Below are positions 30,823 to 40,016 of a DNA stretch of 64,000 bases, one piece after another (position 1 is the stretch's first letter; each line of letters opens with the position of its first letter). The translations under genes were made by a program, and so were the position numbers. The notes under the pieces are model-generated. The model was not told where the DNA came from. It searched no databases and worked only from the letters and a program-made list of their open reading frames with translations. The stretch comes from Pirellulales bacterium (GTDB taxonomy: Bacteria > Planctomycetota > Planctomycetia > Pirellulales > JAICIG01): NCBI GenBank assembly GCA_040901675.1, contig JBBDYJ010000026.1:65062-129061 (forward strand), written 5' to 3'.

Positions 30823-30843
30823 GTTTTGTAAGAATTACAAAAC
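30823..30843. promoter_or_regulatory. AT-rich palindromic operator / enhancer (UAS)
   Basis: GTTTTGTAA-GAA-TTACAAAAC, perfect 9-bp inverted repeat in a GC-rich genome. Confidence 0.6.
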
Positions 30844-31268
30844 TAGCTTAGCAGGCTGAGCGTAATGGCCCGGAACACCGGCTCGACTGCTTCGAACTCC
30901 CGGTCGTCGGCCTGGCAGAACACCAGATACGTGGCATGCTCGGTGCCGAAGCACCGCACGACCGCCGAGTTGGTCAGATCCAGGCAGTAAAAGTTCATGT
31001 TGCAGCCGAGCAGTTCACGCCCAGCCACCGTTTCGCGCACCGTCTCGGCATCCAATTCATCGTATTCCTGCCGCATTGCTTTTAAGGCGGCATCGACGAG
31101 CATTTGCGGATCGGTGGCCGGCGGGTGCAGGGTAACCGACCAGAAAGCGCCGCCCGGACTATACACGGACACTGAATCCTGGCCCTCCAAGGCGTCCGAC
31201 TCGTCCAGCGTCCAGTTCTCCGGGTAACGGAAGTGAATACCTAGCTTTTCGTAGTCCGCCGTCATCAC
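30843..31268 (-). CDS. Conserved hypothetical protein (PsbP/DcrB-like N-terminal motif)
   Basis: GIHFRYPENW motif; AAGGAAGG RBS. Confidence 0.7.
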   Translation of the reverse strand: MMTADYEKLGIHFRYPENWTLDESDALEGQDSVSVYSPGGAFWSVTLHPPATDPQMLVDAALKAMRQEYDELDAETVRETVAGRELLGCNMNFYCLDLTNSAVVRCFGTEHATYLVFCQADDREFEAVEPVFRAITLSLLS

Positions 31269-31444
31269 GCGCCTTCCTTTTCGGCCCGCCGTCGGGCGCG
31301 GTCACTCCATCGTAGCAAACACGCGCACCGGCTACTGGAACCGCCGATAGCGGCCCAAGCAACTTGCGCGCCGCCGCACTCAAGCCTGGCTTGTCCGGTG
31401 GTTAACGCTCTGTTACCATCCGCCGCCAGATCTCCACCAGACGC

Positions 31445-32449
31445 GTGCACCGATCGCTCGCACCTCGACCCCGCGAAAAACGGAGGTCCCGTCCCTTGCA
31501 ATCTTGCATCCTCGGCTGCCGCGGGCAAGCCGGTCCCAGGCGCGTGCTCGTTGATCACGCTGCCCTGCTGACCGCCGCCTGCTGGGCGATCAGTTGCACG
31601 CTGCCCGCAGCGGGCGGCTGCCGGCTGGCCGGCGACCCGGTGCCCCGCTCGCTGGTCACCTGCCGCCAGCTCTCCCAGCAAGGACTTTGCGCGCTGGAGC
31701 AGCAAGAATGGGCCCAAGCCGAAAACCTGCTCGCCAAAGCCGTCGAGGCCTGCCGCATCGATCCCGAGGCACGCCGCCATTATGCCGAGGCGCTTTGGCG
31801 GCAAGGCAAGACGGACGAAGCCGTCACCCAGATCGAGGCGGCCCTCCAGTTGGCGCCCAGCGACCCCGTCGCGCTGGTCCGGGCGGCCCAAATGCACCTG
31901 GCCCTCGGACAGGTCGAGGCCGCTCACCGCCACGTCGAACGGGCCATCGATCTCGATCCCCAGTCCGCGCCGGCCTGGACTGTTCGCGGCAGCGTCCGTC
32001 GCCAGACGGGCCTGGTGCGCGAGGCGCTGGCGGATTACCATCGCGCACTGAGCTATGCGCCCGAGGACCGCGAGACATTGCTCCAAGTGGCCGAGCTGCA
32101 CCGCCAACTCAACGAGCCGGAGTCGGCGCTGGCCACCTTGCAATTCCTGGGCGATACCTATCCGCCCGGCGAAGAACCGCAGCAGGTGCTGTATCTCATG
32201 GGCCTGGCCTATGCCGCCGTGGGCAGGCCCCGCGACGCCGTGGAAAGCCTGGCGGCCGCTCGGGACAGCGGCCAGCCTTCGGCCGAGATCCTCTACCGCC
32301 TGGCCGAAGCCGAGCTCGAGGCCGGACAACGGTCGCAGGCCCGCTCGACGCTCGCCCGGGCCCTCGAAGTCGAACCGCGGCACAGCGCGGGAAACGCCCT
32401 GCTGGACCGCATCGAGCTGGCCCGCGAGCCGGGCAACCGCTTCGATTGA
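31445..32449 (+). CDS. Tetratricopeptide repeat protein, probably lipoprotein
   Basis: Repeated A..L.P..A helical TPR pattern; AAGGC; start uncertain. Confidence 0.75.
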   Translation: MHRSLAPRPREKRRSRPLQSCILGCRGQAGPRRVLVDHAALLTAACWAISCTLPAAGGCRLAGDPVPRSLVTCRQLSQQGLCALEQQEWAQAENLLAKAVEACRIDPEARRHYAEALWRQGKTDEAVTQIEAALQLAPSDPVALVRAAQMHLALGQVEAAHRHVERAIDLDPQSAPAWTVRGSVRRQTGLVREALADYHRALSYAPEDRETLLQVAELHRQLNEPESALATLQFLGDTYPPGEEPQQVLYLMGLAYAAVGRPRDAVESLAAARDSGQPSAEILYRLAEAELEAGQRSQARSTLARALEVEPRHSAGNALLDRIELAREPGNRFD

Positions 32450-32668
32450 CCTTAGCCCCCCAGTCGCCATATCCGGCAAGCGTCCACCTGTTCCGCTCCC
32501 CCAGGTTGGTCGCTGCGGCCGGTTTGAACCTTGCAACTCCTGCCCGCACGCTGGCGACTTGACTGTGGACCGCTGCGCTCCTAGCGTTTCGAGGAAACCA
32601 TTCCGCGCGCCGGGCCGCCTCTCCCGTGCGGGGCAGTCCAGCCGGCCGCCAGCAAGGAGTCAGCCAAC

Positions 32669-32905
32669 ATGCCGCAAATCGTGGGTACGCCGACCGAGAC
32701 ATTCGTCGAACGGCGCAACACCGAACTGCCGCTCGGTTCGCCAGGCCGCGAGCGGCGCCAGTTTGCCGACACCTATCAGGAACTCTCGCCCGATGCACGG
32801 GAGCTGGCGCAGGCCATCGATAGTTACAAGCTGCTCCACCGGCGGCGTTTCATCACCTACGAGGAAATGCTCGGCGTCGTGCGGTCGCTCGGCTACCACA
32901 AATAG
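32669..32905 (+). CDS. Small conserved hypothetical protein
   Basis: AAGGAG RBS; ERR..ERRQF and AIDSYK..RRFIT..LGY pattern. Confidence 0.7.
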   Translation: MPQIVGTPTETFVERRNTELPLGSPGRERRQFADTYQELSPDARELAQAIDSYKLLHRRRFITYEEMLGVVRSLGYHK

Positions 32906-32913
32906 TCACAACG

Positions 32914-33927
32914 TCAGGCCGCCGCTCGGGTCCGCTCGACGAGGCGAGCCAACAGCTCCCGGGCCGCGCCGCTGTCGATTGCATCAGCCGCCATGGCGGC
33001 GCAGCCCGGCAAGGTGTCGCACCGGCCGGCGGTCCACAAGGCCGCGGCGGCGTTGGCGACCACGATGTCGCGTGCCGGCCCGGGCGCCCCCGACAGGACC
33101 TGCCGGATGATGGCGGCGCTTTCTTCCGGGCCGGCCACCTTGAGCGGTGTCAACTCCGCCGGTTCCAGGCCGAAGTCGGCCGGCGTCCAGGCAAACTCCC
33201 GCGTTGGTCCCTGGCTCACCTCGGTGACGCGGGTGGGCCCGGCCAGCGTCACTTCGTCCAGACCATCGTCGCCGCGCACGACCAGCGCCCGCCGAGTGCC
33301 CAGCCGTGCCAGCGCCGCCGACAAGAGTCCCCGCAGCTCGGGCCGGGCGACTCCCAGCAACTGGTAGTCCGCTCCGGCGGGGTTGGCCAGCGGGCCCAGC
33401 AGATTGAAGATGGTGGGCACCCCCAGCTTGGCGCGCACCGGGGCCACGTGCTTCATCGCCTGGTGCCACAAAGGCGCAAAACAAAAGCAGATTCCCAACT
33501 CGTCCAGGCAGCCGCTCACGCACGACAAATCGGCCTCGATGTTCACCCCCAGCCGGGCCAGCACGTCGGCCGATCCGCTCTTGCTGGTCACGCGCCGATT
33601 GCCGTGCTTTGCCACCGGCACGCCGGCCGCCGCGGCCACCAGGGCCGCCGCCGTGCTGATGTTGAACGTGCTCGATCCGTCGCCGCCGGTGCCGCAGGTG
33701 TCGATCACTCCCTGCCGCTGCGACTCGATCCGCCGCATGTGCCCGCGCATGGCGGCCGCGGCGCCGGCCACTTCGTCGACCGTTTCACCCTTGAGTCGCA
33801 GGCTGGTCAACAACAGGCCGATCTGGCCCTCGCTCACCTCGCCCCGCATCACCCGGTCGATGGCCGACGCCATCTCCTGCATCGACAGATCTTCTCCCGC
33901 GGCCAGCCGCCCAAGGATGGTTTCCAT
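32914..33927 (-). CDS. trpD: Anthranilate phosphoribosyltransferase
   Basis: DTCGTGGDG, FNIST, KHGNR, SGSADVL, FNLLGPLANP, GLDE. Confidence 0.96.
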   Translation of the reverse strand: METILGRLAAGEDLSMQEMASAIDRVMRGEVSEGQIGLLLTSLRLKGETVDEVAGAAAAMRGHMRRIESQRQGVIDTCGTGGDGSSTFNISTAAALVAAAAGVPVAKHGNRRVTSKSGSADVLARLGVNIEADLSCVSGCLDELGICFCFAPLWHQAMKHVAPVRAKLGVPTIFNLLGPLANPAGADYQLLGVARPELRGLLSAALARLGTRRALVVRGDDGLDEVTLAGPTRVTEVSQGPTREFAWTPADFGLEPAELTPLKVAGPEESAAIIRQVLSGAPGPARDIVVANAAAALWTAGRCDTLPGCAAMAADAIDSGAARELLARLVERTRAAA

Positions 33928-34142
33928 CAACGCTTGTCCTCGCTTTCCCCCTCGTGCCGAGCCGATTCTACTCGCCCTGCGTCCCTGCCGAAAGCGGCTC
34001 TTTGCCGCCCTGGCGGCCTGGCGATCGCTTGCCCGGCCTTGTTCGCCGCCGGGCATGGCCCTACAATCGCCGGGACAGGCTGCACAATCGCCGGGATAGG
34101 CTGCTCGCGCAGGCGGAGGAGGGGAGGACTTGTCGGTTTGCC

Positions 34143-35084
34143 ATGGCCCGCAAAGTGATCCTAGATGTTGATCCGGGAATCGACGATGCGGTGGCGTTGG
34201 TCCTCGCCTTGTTCGATCCCCGGCTGGAGGTGGTGGCCGTCACGGCCGTTGCGGGAAACGTCGGCGCCGAGCAGGCCACGCGCAACGTCCAGACCATCAT
34301 CGAGCAGCTCGACCCGCCTCGCTGGCCGCGCGTGGGGGCGGCCGTGCAGCCCGAGCGGGCGCCGCTGGCCGATTCCAGGCACATTTTTGGCGCCGACGGC
34401 CTGGGCAACGCCGATTTTCCCGTCGCCGAGCTGCACCATCAGCACCCTTCGGAAAAGGTGATCACCGACGAGATCCGCGCGGCCCCCGAGGCCGTCACGA
34501 TCATCGCCCTGGGACCACTCACCAACATCGCCCATGCCTTGCGCCGCGATCCGGGCCTGGCCAACCAGGTCGGCCAATTGGTCGTCATGGGAGGCACCCT
34601 CAGCGGGCCGGGAAACGTCACGCCGGCCGCCGAGTTCAATATCTACTGCGATCCTCTGGCCGCCCGCGAGGTCTTCCGCTCTCGCACCACCAAAACGCTT
34701 GTCCCCTTGGACGTCACCAACCAGGTCGTGCTGACCTACGACCTGTTCGACCAGCTCCCTTCCGAAGAGACCACGGCCGGACGCTTCCTCCGCCGCGTGC
34801 TCCCCTTCGCCTTCCGCTCGCACCGCCAGGTGTTGGGGTTGGAAGGTATTCACGTGCACGACGCCGTGGCGCTGCTGGCGGCCACCAACCCCGAACTGTT
34901 CGTCACCGCGCGGATGGCCGGCGACGTCGAGACGCAGGGCGAATTGACCCTGGGCGCCACGGTTTTCGACCGCCGCAACGTGCCCGAGTGGCGCAGCAAT
35001 CTGCACGTGGCCACCCAAATCGACGCGGTGGCGGCCCTGGACGCACTGATGCGGGGGCTGGCCGAGGCGGGCCGCAACGGCTGA
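34143..35084 (+). CDS. Nucleoside hydrolase (IU-NH family)
   Basis: DVDPGIDDA, LGPLTNIA, AEFNIYCDP, HDAVA. Confidence 0.92.
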   Translation: MARKVILDVDPGIDDAVALVLALFDPRLEVVAVTAVAGNVGAEQATRNVQTIIEQLDPPRWPRVGAAVQPERAPLADSRHIFGADGLGNADFPVAELHHQHPSEKVITDEIRAAPEAVTIIALGPLTNIAHALRRDPGLANQVGQLVVMGGTLSGPGNVTPAAEFNIYCDPLAAREVFRSRTTKTLVPLDVTNQVVLTYDLFDQLPSEETTAGRFLRRVLPFAFRSHRQVLGLEGIHVHDAVALLAATNPELFVTARMAGDVETQGELTLGATVFDRRNVPEWRSNLHVATQIDAVAALDALMRGLAEAGRNG

Positions 35085-35113
35085 ATCTCCGCCTCGCTCC
35101 GCCGCCAAGCGGA

Positions 35114-36271
35114 TCACCGCGGAAGCGGCGGGGTCGCGGGCGAAAAATCGCTCTTGTTGCCCACCTTCACCGTCAGGTGCAGCGATTGGCCGTCGCGGTA
35201 GACCACGATCGGCACTTCCTTGCCCACTTCGGTCAGATTGACCAGATAGATCAGGTGCGTGTCGTTGTCCACGCGGACCCCGTTGAATCGCAGGATCACA
35301 TCGCCGGCCTGCAGCCTGGCCGCTTCGGCCGGCGACCCCGACCTGAGACTGTTAATCCGCGCGCCGCGACGGCCCGGCAAGCCGATCTTGACTGCCGCGG
35401 CCGGCGTGAACTTGGGATCGAGATTCACGCCGAGAAAGGCCCGCACCACGCGGCCCTGCTCGATCAGTTGCCTGGCAACCTTGGCGACCATGTTGATCGG
35501 AATGCTGAAGCCGATGCCTTCGTTGCCGCCGGAATTGCTGGCGATCGCCGTATTCATGCCGATGACTTCCCCGCGGAGGTTGATCAACGGCCCGCCGCTG
35601 TTGCCCGGATTGATCGCCGCGTCAGTTTGCAGAAAGTCCTGCAACTCGACGTCGTCCCCCAGTGCCAGGTCGCGCCGCCCCTTGGCGCTGATAATGCCGT
35701 AGGTCACCGAATGGCTCAGCCCGAAGGGACTGCCCACCGCCACGACGAAATCGCCGATCTCGACCAGGTCGGAATTGCCCAGCCGAGCGGCAACCAGTCC
35801 GGGAGCTGAAACGCTCATCACGGCCACGTCGGTCTCGGCATCTGCCCAAACCCTGACTGGGTTCAAGTCCCGGCCGTCGGCCAGACTGATCACAATATCC
35901 GCCGGTTCGGCGTCTTTGATCACATGCCGGTTGGTCAGCACGTAGGGCTTGCCCTTGATCTCAATCACGACGCCCGAGCCGGCTTCCTCAACCAGGTCGG
36001 TGCGAAGCGAGCGCGTGCCGCGCGCCTTCTCGGCCTTGATGTGTACTACCGTGGGGCCGACCAGCTTGACCACGGTCTTGAGAATGTTGCCCTGCCGCTC
36101 GAGTTGGGCCACCTCGCGCGCAAGCGACTCGTACAGCTCGTTGCGCTCCTCCCGCGTGTACCCTTCTTCGCTGTAGCCATCCTGGCCAAGAGCGGGCGGG
36201 TTCGCCAGCAGCATCAAGGCCGCCGCGAAGGCAACGATTCTCATGGCAGGCAACACGACTCTTTTGGCCAT
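35114..36271 (-). CDS. HtrA/DegP-family serine protease with one PDZ domain
   Basis: GSGVV, LTNRHV, QTDAAINPGNSGGPL, GSPAEAARLQAGDVI. Confidence 0.93.
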   Translation of the reverse strand: MAKRVVLPAMRIVAFAAALMLLANPPALGQDGYSEEGYTREERNELYESLAREVAQLERQGNILKTVVKLVGPTVVHIKAEKARGTRSLRTDLVEEAGSGVVIEIKGKPYVLTNRHVIKDAEPADIVISLADGRDLNPVRVWADAETDVAVMSVSAPGLVAARLGNSDLVEIGDFVVAVGSPFGLSHSVTYGIISAKGRRDLALGDDVELQDFLQTDAAINPGNSGGPLINLRGEVIGMNTAIASNSGGNEGIGFSIPINMVAKVARQLIEQGRVVRAFLGVNLDPKFTPAAAVKIGLPGRRGARINSLRSGSPAEAARLQAGDVILRFNGVRVDNDTHLIYLVNLTEVGKEVPIVVYRDGQSLHLTVKVGNKSDFSPATPPLPR

Positions 36272-36333
36272 TGCACTTCACGTTGGTGCCGGCGGGTAAT
36301 ACCAACGTATTGTGGCCTGCGAAACGTCCAAAA

Positions 36334-36783
36334 TCAAGAAACATCGAGCTCGATGTCGTTAATCGAGAGGTCCGTGTCGCCGGAACCGTTGTCCATCAGG
36401 CGTCCCCAGTCCGAGTCCAAAGCGCCGGACGCGCCATGCCGCTCGGCTTCACGCTGGCAGTCGATGCACAACGTCGCATAAGGCAAGGCATTCAGCCGGG
36501 CCAGGGGAATCTTGGTTACGCAGCCTTCGCAGATTCCATAGTGGCCGGTCCGCATCCGCTCCAGCGCATTCTCGATGCTGGCCAACTCGCGGCTTTCCAC
36601 TTCGGCAAGCTGCGAGTTGATCTCGTGCTGGGCCGAGTCGAGTGCAAAATCGACGACGTCCCCGGCCGTTTGCTCCCGCAACTCCTTGAGCATGCTCAAG
36701 TCGCCGGCCAGGGCCTTGCGCAGCGCGTCGCGCCGCACAATCAGAATTTCGCGCATTTTCAAGATCGCGTCTTTGCGTGCCAT
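36334..36783 (-). CDS. dksA: TraR/DksA family C4 zinc-finger regulator
   Basis: DVVDFA (DxxDxA), GICEGC..IPLARLNALPYATLCIDCQ. Confidence 0.88.
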   Translation of the reverse strand: MARKDAILKMREILIVRRDALRKALAGDLSMLKELREQTAGDVVDFALDSAQHEINSQLAEVESRELASIENALERMRTGHYGICEGCVTKIPLARLNALPYATLCIDCQREAERHGASGALDSDWGRLMDNGSGDTDLSINDIELDVS

Positions 36784-37396
36784 ATGGTCACCTTCGATGG
36801 CCCGACCTTGCCCGCGCCGAGGGTATCGCCCCCCTCCACCTCAGGCCCGATTGGGTCCGCTCTAGAAGCTGCCTCGGATTCGTCCGTTCCAGTTGCCGCG
36901 CTTCGATTTGGGCCGCTCTGGGACCCGCTTTTCGGCAACCCAACTATAGTACGCATGCAACCTAGGAGGGGTCGCGAAAATCCCGCCGTTCGAAACCGTT
37001 TTCGAGATTCCGGCGATCCACCCCATAAGTCCTTAAAATCCAACGTCTTGCGCACGTGGCCCCGCCGGTGTTTCACCCCGCCTTGCGGCCTGCCGCCGCC
37101 TCTGGGCGGACACTTTGGACCGCGTGGTCCGCTGTCGGAAATCGGCTGCCTGAACGCTATCGGATAATCGACAATACCGGCAAGGATATGCAGCCGATTT
37201 TCTGCAAAGATTGCCGAATCTCGCTCAGGCCCAGCCGCCCCGGAGGCTTTGACTATGGCCCCGCCATGAGCTAAATGCCGATGGAGGACATGCACTTGCG
37301 CCGACGCCACTCCCTGCCGGCGACAAGCGCGCCGGCCGCGTGGCACGCCCCGGCCAGAGACCTAGTCGACGCCGGCACTCGGTGAAATGCGGGATA

Positions 37397-39787
37397 ATGG
37401 ACCAACGGGCACCGACTCCCACGACCACGCTGCTCGGTGAGGCTCCGCCCACCTTGCGGCTCCGCGCGCTGGGCGGGCAAAGGGCCGGAAGCGTGTTCGA
37501 GCTTGCTGAGCAGAAGTGCACGCTCGGAGCGGCTGACAGTTGCACCCTCTGGCTCGAGGAGCCAGACCTGAGCCCGCTGCACTGTATTATCCTGCGTGGA
37601 GAAGTGCATACGCTCGTCCGCTGCTGGTCGCCGACAACCAGCCTGAACGGCAGCCCGTTCGGCGATGCACTCCTTCGGCCGGGCGACCGGCTGGCCCTGG
37701 GACGCGTCGAACTGGAGGTTCTCGATCCCATCGACCAGGCCCCGCAGCAATTCTCCGAGGCCCAAGACGAGCGCCGGTCCGCGGCCGCCGAGCGGGTTGC
37801 CTGGCAAGCCGAGCACCGGCTGGCCTCAGATCAACTGGCCGCCCAAGCCCGCCAACTCGACGAGCTGCAATCCCAACTCGACGCGCACGAGTCCCAACTG
37901 GACGAGCAAGCCCGTCAACTCAACCGGCGGCAAACCCAGCTCGACGAGCAAGAGTCCCAACGGGCCGAGCAAGCCCGCCAGCTCGACGAGCGGCAGGCCC
38001 AACTCGACGAGCAAGAGTCCCAACTCGGTGCCCAGCGCGAGCAGCTCGATCGCCGCGAGGAAGAGCTCAAACAGCTTCTGCGCGCCGGCGATCAGCGCGC
38101 CAAGGACGCCGAAACCAAATCGCGCGAGCACGAAGACGCTCTGGCCAAACGCGAGCGCCTGCTCGAACAGCGCTGTGCCCAGCTCGAACAAGAACAAAAC
38201 ACCCTGCAAAACGAGCAGGAAACCTTTCACGCCGAACGGCAAGCCTGGGAAGCCGTGCAGGCCGACGCCCGTCTGCGCTTGACCGAAAAGATCCAGCAGG
38301 TCGACCGGCGGCTCGCCGAGGTCAACACCGAACGTCAAGCACGCGACCAGGCGCATACCGCCTCCGAAGCGCAACACAGCCAGGCCTGGGCCAAGGTGCT
38401 CAGCCAGTCCGAAGAACTCGACCGCCAACTGGCCGAGCTCCAAGCCGATCGCGAAAAGCTAGCCGCCGAACAGGCCGCCCTCGATCAACGCCTGGCCGCC
38501 GCCGACGCCGCCGCCACCGCGGCCACTGACACGCTCGACCGCCAGCGCGCTGAGCTCGCCGCCGAGCGCCAGGCCCTCGTCGAGCAGCGCGCCGCGCCGC
38601 AGCCCGCACTACCGCCGCCCGCCGAGCGGCAGGCGGCCGACGACCTGGCCCGCCAGCGGGCCCAATTGGAGGCCGACCGCCAGATCCTGGAGAACGAGCG
38701 CGAAGTCTTCCTCGCCCAACAGCGCCAGCACCGCGAAGATGCCGGCAACGACGGGCCCTTCGATGGCGCCGAGGTCCGGCGAGAGTTGCTCGAACTCCGT
38801 GAGCAGCTTGAACTCGGCAGCCAAGCCTTAGCCGAGCAGCGGGCCGCCTGGCAGGCAGAGCAACGTCAGCGCGAGCAGCAGTGGATCGCGCGGGAACACG
38901 CCCGCGACAGCCGAACCGAAGAGCTGTGCCAGATGCGCAGCCGGCTCGAAGCCGACCTGCGAGCTTTCGCCGACGAGCGGGCCGCCTGGCTGGCCGAACG
39001 GCAGAACCTCGCCGCCCCCGCGCCTGCCCGGACACCGGCCGAACAAGCCCAGGTGCAAGAGCTGTCGCAGTTGCGATCCGAGTTGGATCAACTGCGGCAG
39101 ACCATCTACGAAGAGCACGACGCCCTGCAGGCCGAGCTGAAGAGGAAACAGGCGGCCCTCGAACAGCGGTCGGCCGAAGTCGAGCGCCGTTTCAGCGAGC
39201 TGAAGGCCGGCCGCGCCGCTGCCGGGCAGGGCGGCGCGCCGCTTGATCTGCCCCCTGGCATGGCCTCGGGTCCAGCGGCCCCGGCGTCGCCCAACCCATC
39301 CCCGCCGCCGCCGGCCCCGCCGCCAGCCGGACCGCTCGACGAGGGCTGCTCGATCGACGATTACATGGCCGATCTGCTGAAACGCGTCGGCGGCGACCCG
39401 GCTGCCGGCTCGGCCCAACCGCAGCCCGGCGGACGGCAACCGGGCTTGTCGGCGATGGCAGGCCCAGGCGGCCAAGCGACGGACATCTCCAGCGGGCGAT
39501 GTCTTCCGGTTCGCGCGTCGCCTCCGGAGCGATCCGCCGACATTTCGGCCCTGCGCGCGCTGGCCAACCAGAACACCCGCGAGGCTCTCCAATCGCACGA
39601 CCGGCGCACCATCAGCCAAATCCGCCTGGGTAAGTCGATCGTGCTGGGCACGGCGTTGCTGTCTGCCGGCCTGCACTTTTGGTGCTACTCACAAGGCCTG
39701 CAAATCGCCTTCTACGCCGCCATGCTCAGCCTGGGCGTCGCCGCCGTCTGGTTGGCCCAGGTCGTCCGCCTCGTCGCCGCCACGTAG
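37397..39787 (+). CDS. FHA-domain long coiled-coil protein with two C-terminal TM helices
   Basis: CTLGA..SPLHC..LNG..LRPGDRLALG FHA pattern; long E/Q/R heptad region; hydrophobic C-terminus. Confidence 0.8.
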   Translation: MDQRAPTPTTTLLGEAPPTLRLRALGGQRAGSVFELAEQKCTLGAADSCTLWLEEPDLSPLHCIILRGEVHTLVRCWSPTTSLNGSPFGDALLRPGDRLALGRVELEVLDPIDQAPQQFSEAQDERRSAAAERVAWQAEHRLASDQLAAQARQLDELQSQLDAHESQLDEQARQLNRRQTQLDEQESQRAEQARQLDERQAQLDEQESQLGAQREQLDRREEELKQLLRAGDQRAKDAETKSREHEDALAKRERLLEQRCAQLEQEQNTLQNEQETFHAERQAWEAVQADARLRLTEKIQQVDRRLAEVNTERQARDQAHTASEAQHSQAWAKVLSQSEELDRQLAELQADREKLAAEQAALDQRLAAADAAATAATDTLDRQRAELAAERQALVEQRAAPQPALPPPAERQAADDLARQRAQLEADRQILENEREVFLAQQRQHREDAGNDGPFDGAEVRRELLELREQLELGSQALAEQRAAWQAEQRQREQQWIAREHARDSRTEELCQMRSRLEADLRAFADERAAWLAERQNLAAPAPARTPAEQAQVQELSQLRSELDQLRQTIYEEHDALQAELKRKQAALEQRSAEVERRFSELKAGRAAAGQGGAPLDLPPGMASGPAAPASPNPSPPPPAPPPAGPLDEGCSIDDYMADLLKRVGGDPAAGSAQPQPGGRQPGLSAMAGPGGQATDISSGRCLPVRASPPERSADISALRALANQNTREALQSHDRRTISQIRLGKSIVLGTALLSAGLHFWCYSQGLQIAFYAAMLSLGVAAVWLAQVVRLVAAT

Positions 39788-39797
39788 GGGGCGGCAA

Positions 39798-39907
39798 GGT
39801 GCCACTGCTTGAACCGCCGGCCGCTGCCGGCGATTCAAGCAGTGGCATCCGAGCTCGTAAGACGGCCTTCGCAGGCCGTCGAGACGGGGCTGGGAAGCCC
39901 GTCCTAC
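39798..39907. repeat. Long inverted repeat plus GTAG-type REP doublet
   Basis: ggtgccactgcttgaa...ttcaagcagtggcatc; gtaagacggccttcgcaggccgtc..gacggggctgggaagcccgtcctac. Confidence 0.75.
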
Positions 39908-40016
39908 TGATCCCTCACAGCCGGCTGCTTGACTGCCCCGCCGGCAGCGACCAGACTTGTTTTGAATTGGCGACGTTTGTCGTTGTGCCGTCTGCTCCTT
40001 TGCGAGGTCCCCGACG

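Noticed and set aside
37024..37052. IHF-like inverted pair (taagtcctt...caacgtcttg) between dksA and the FHA gene
   Set aside because: Degenerate, with no correctly spaced sigma54 element nearby; too weak to call
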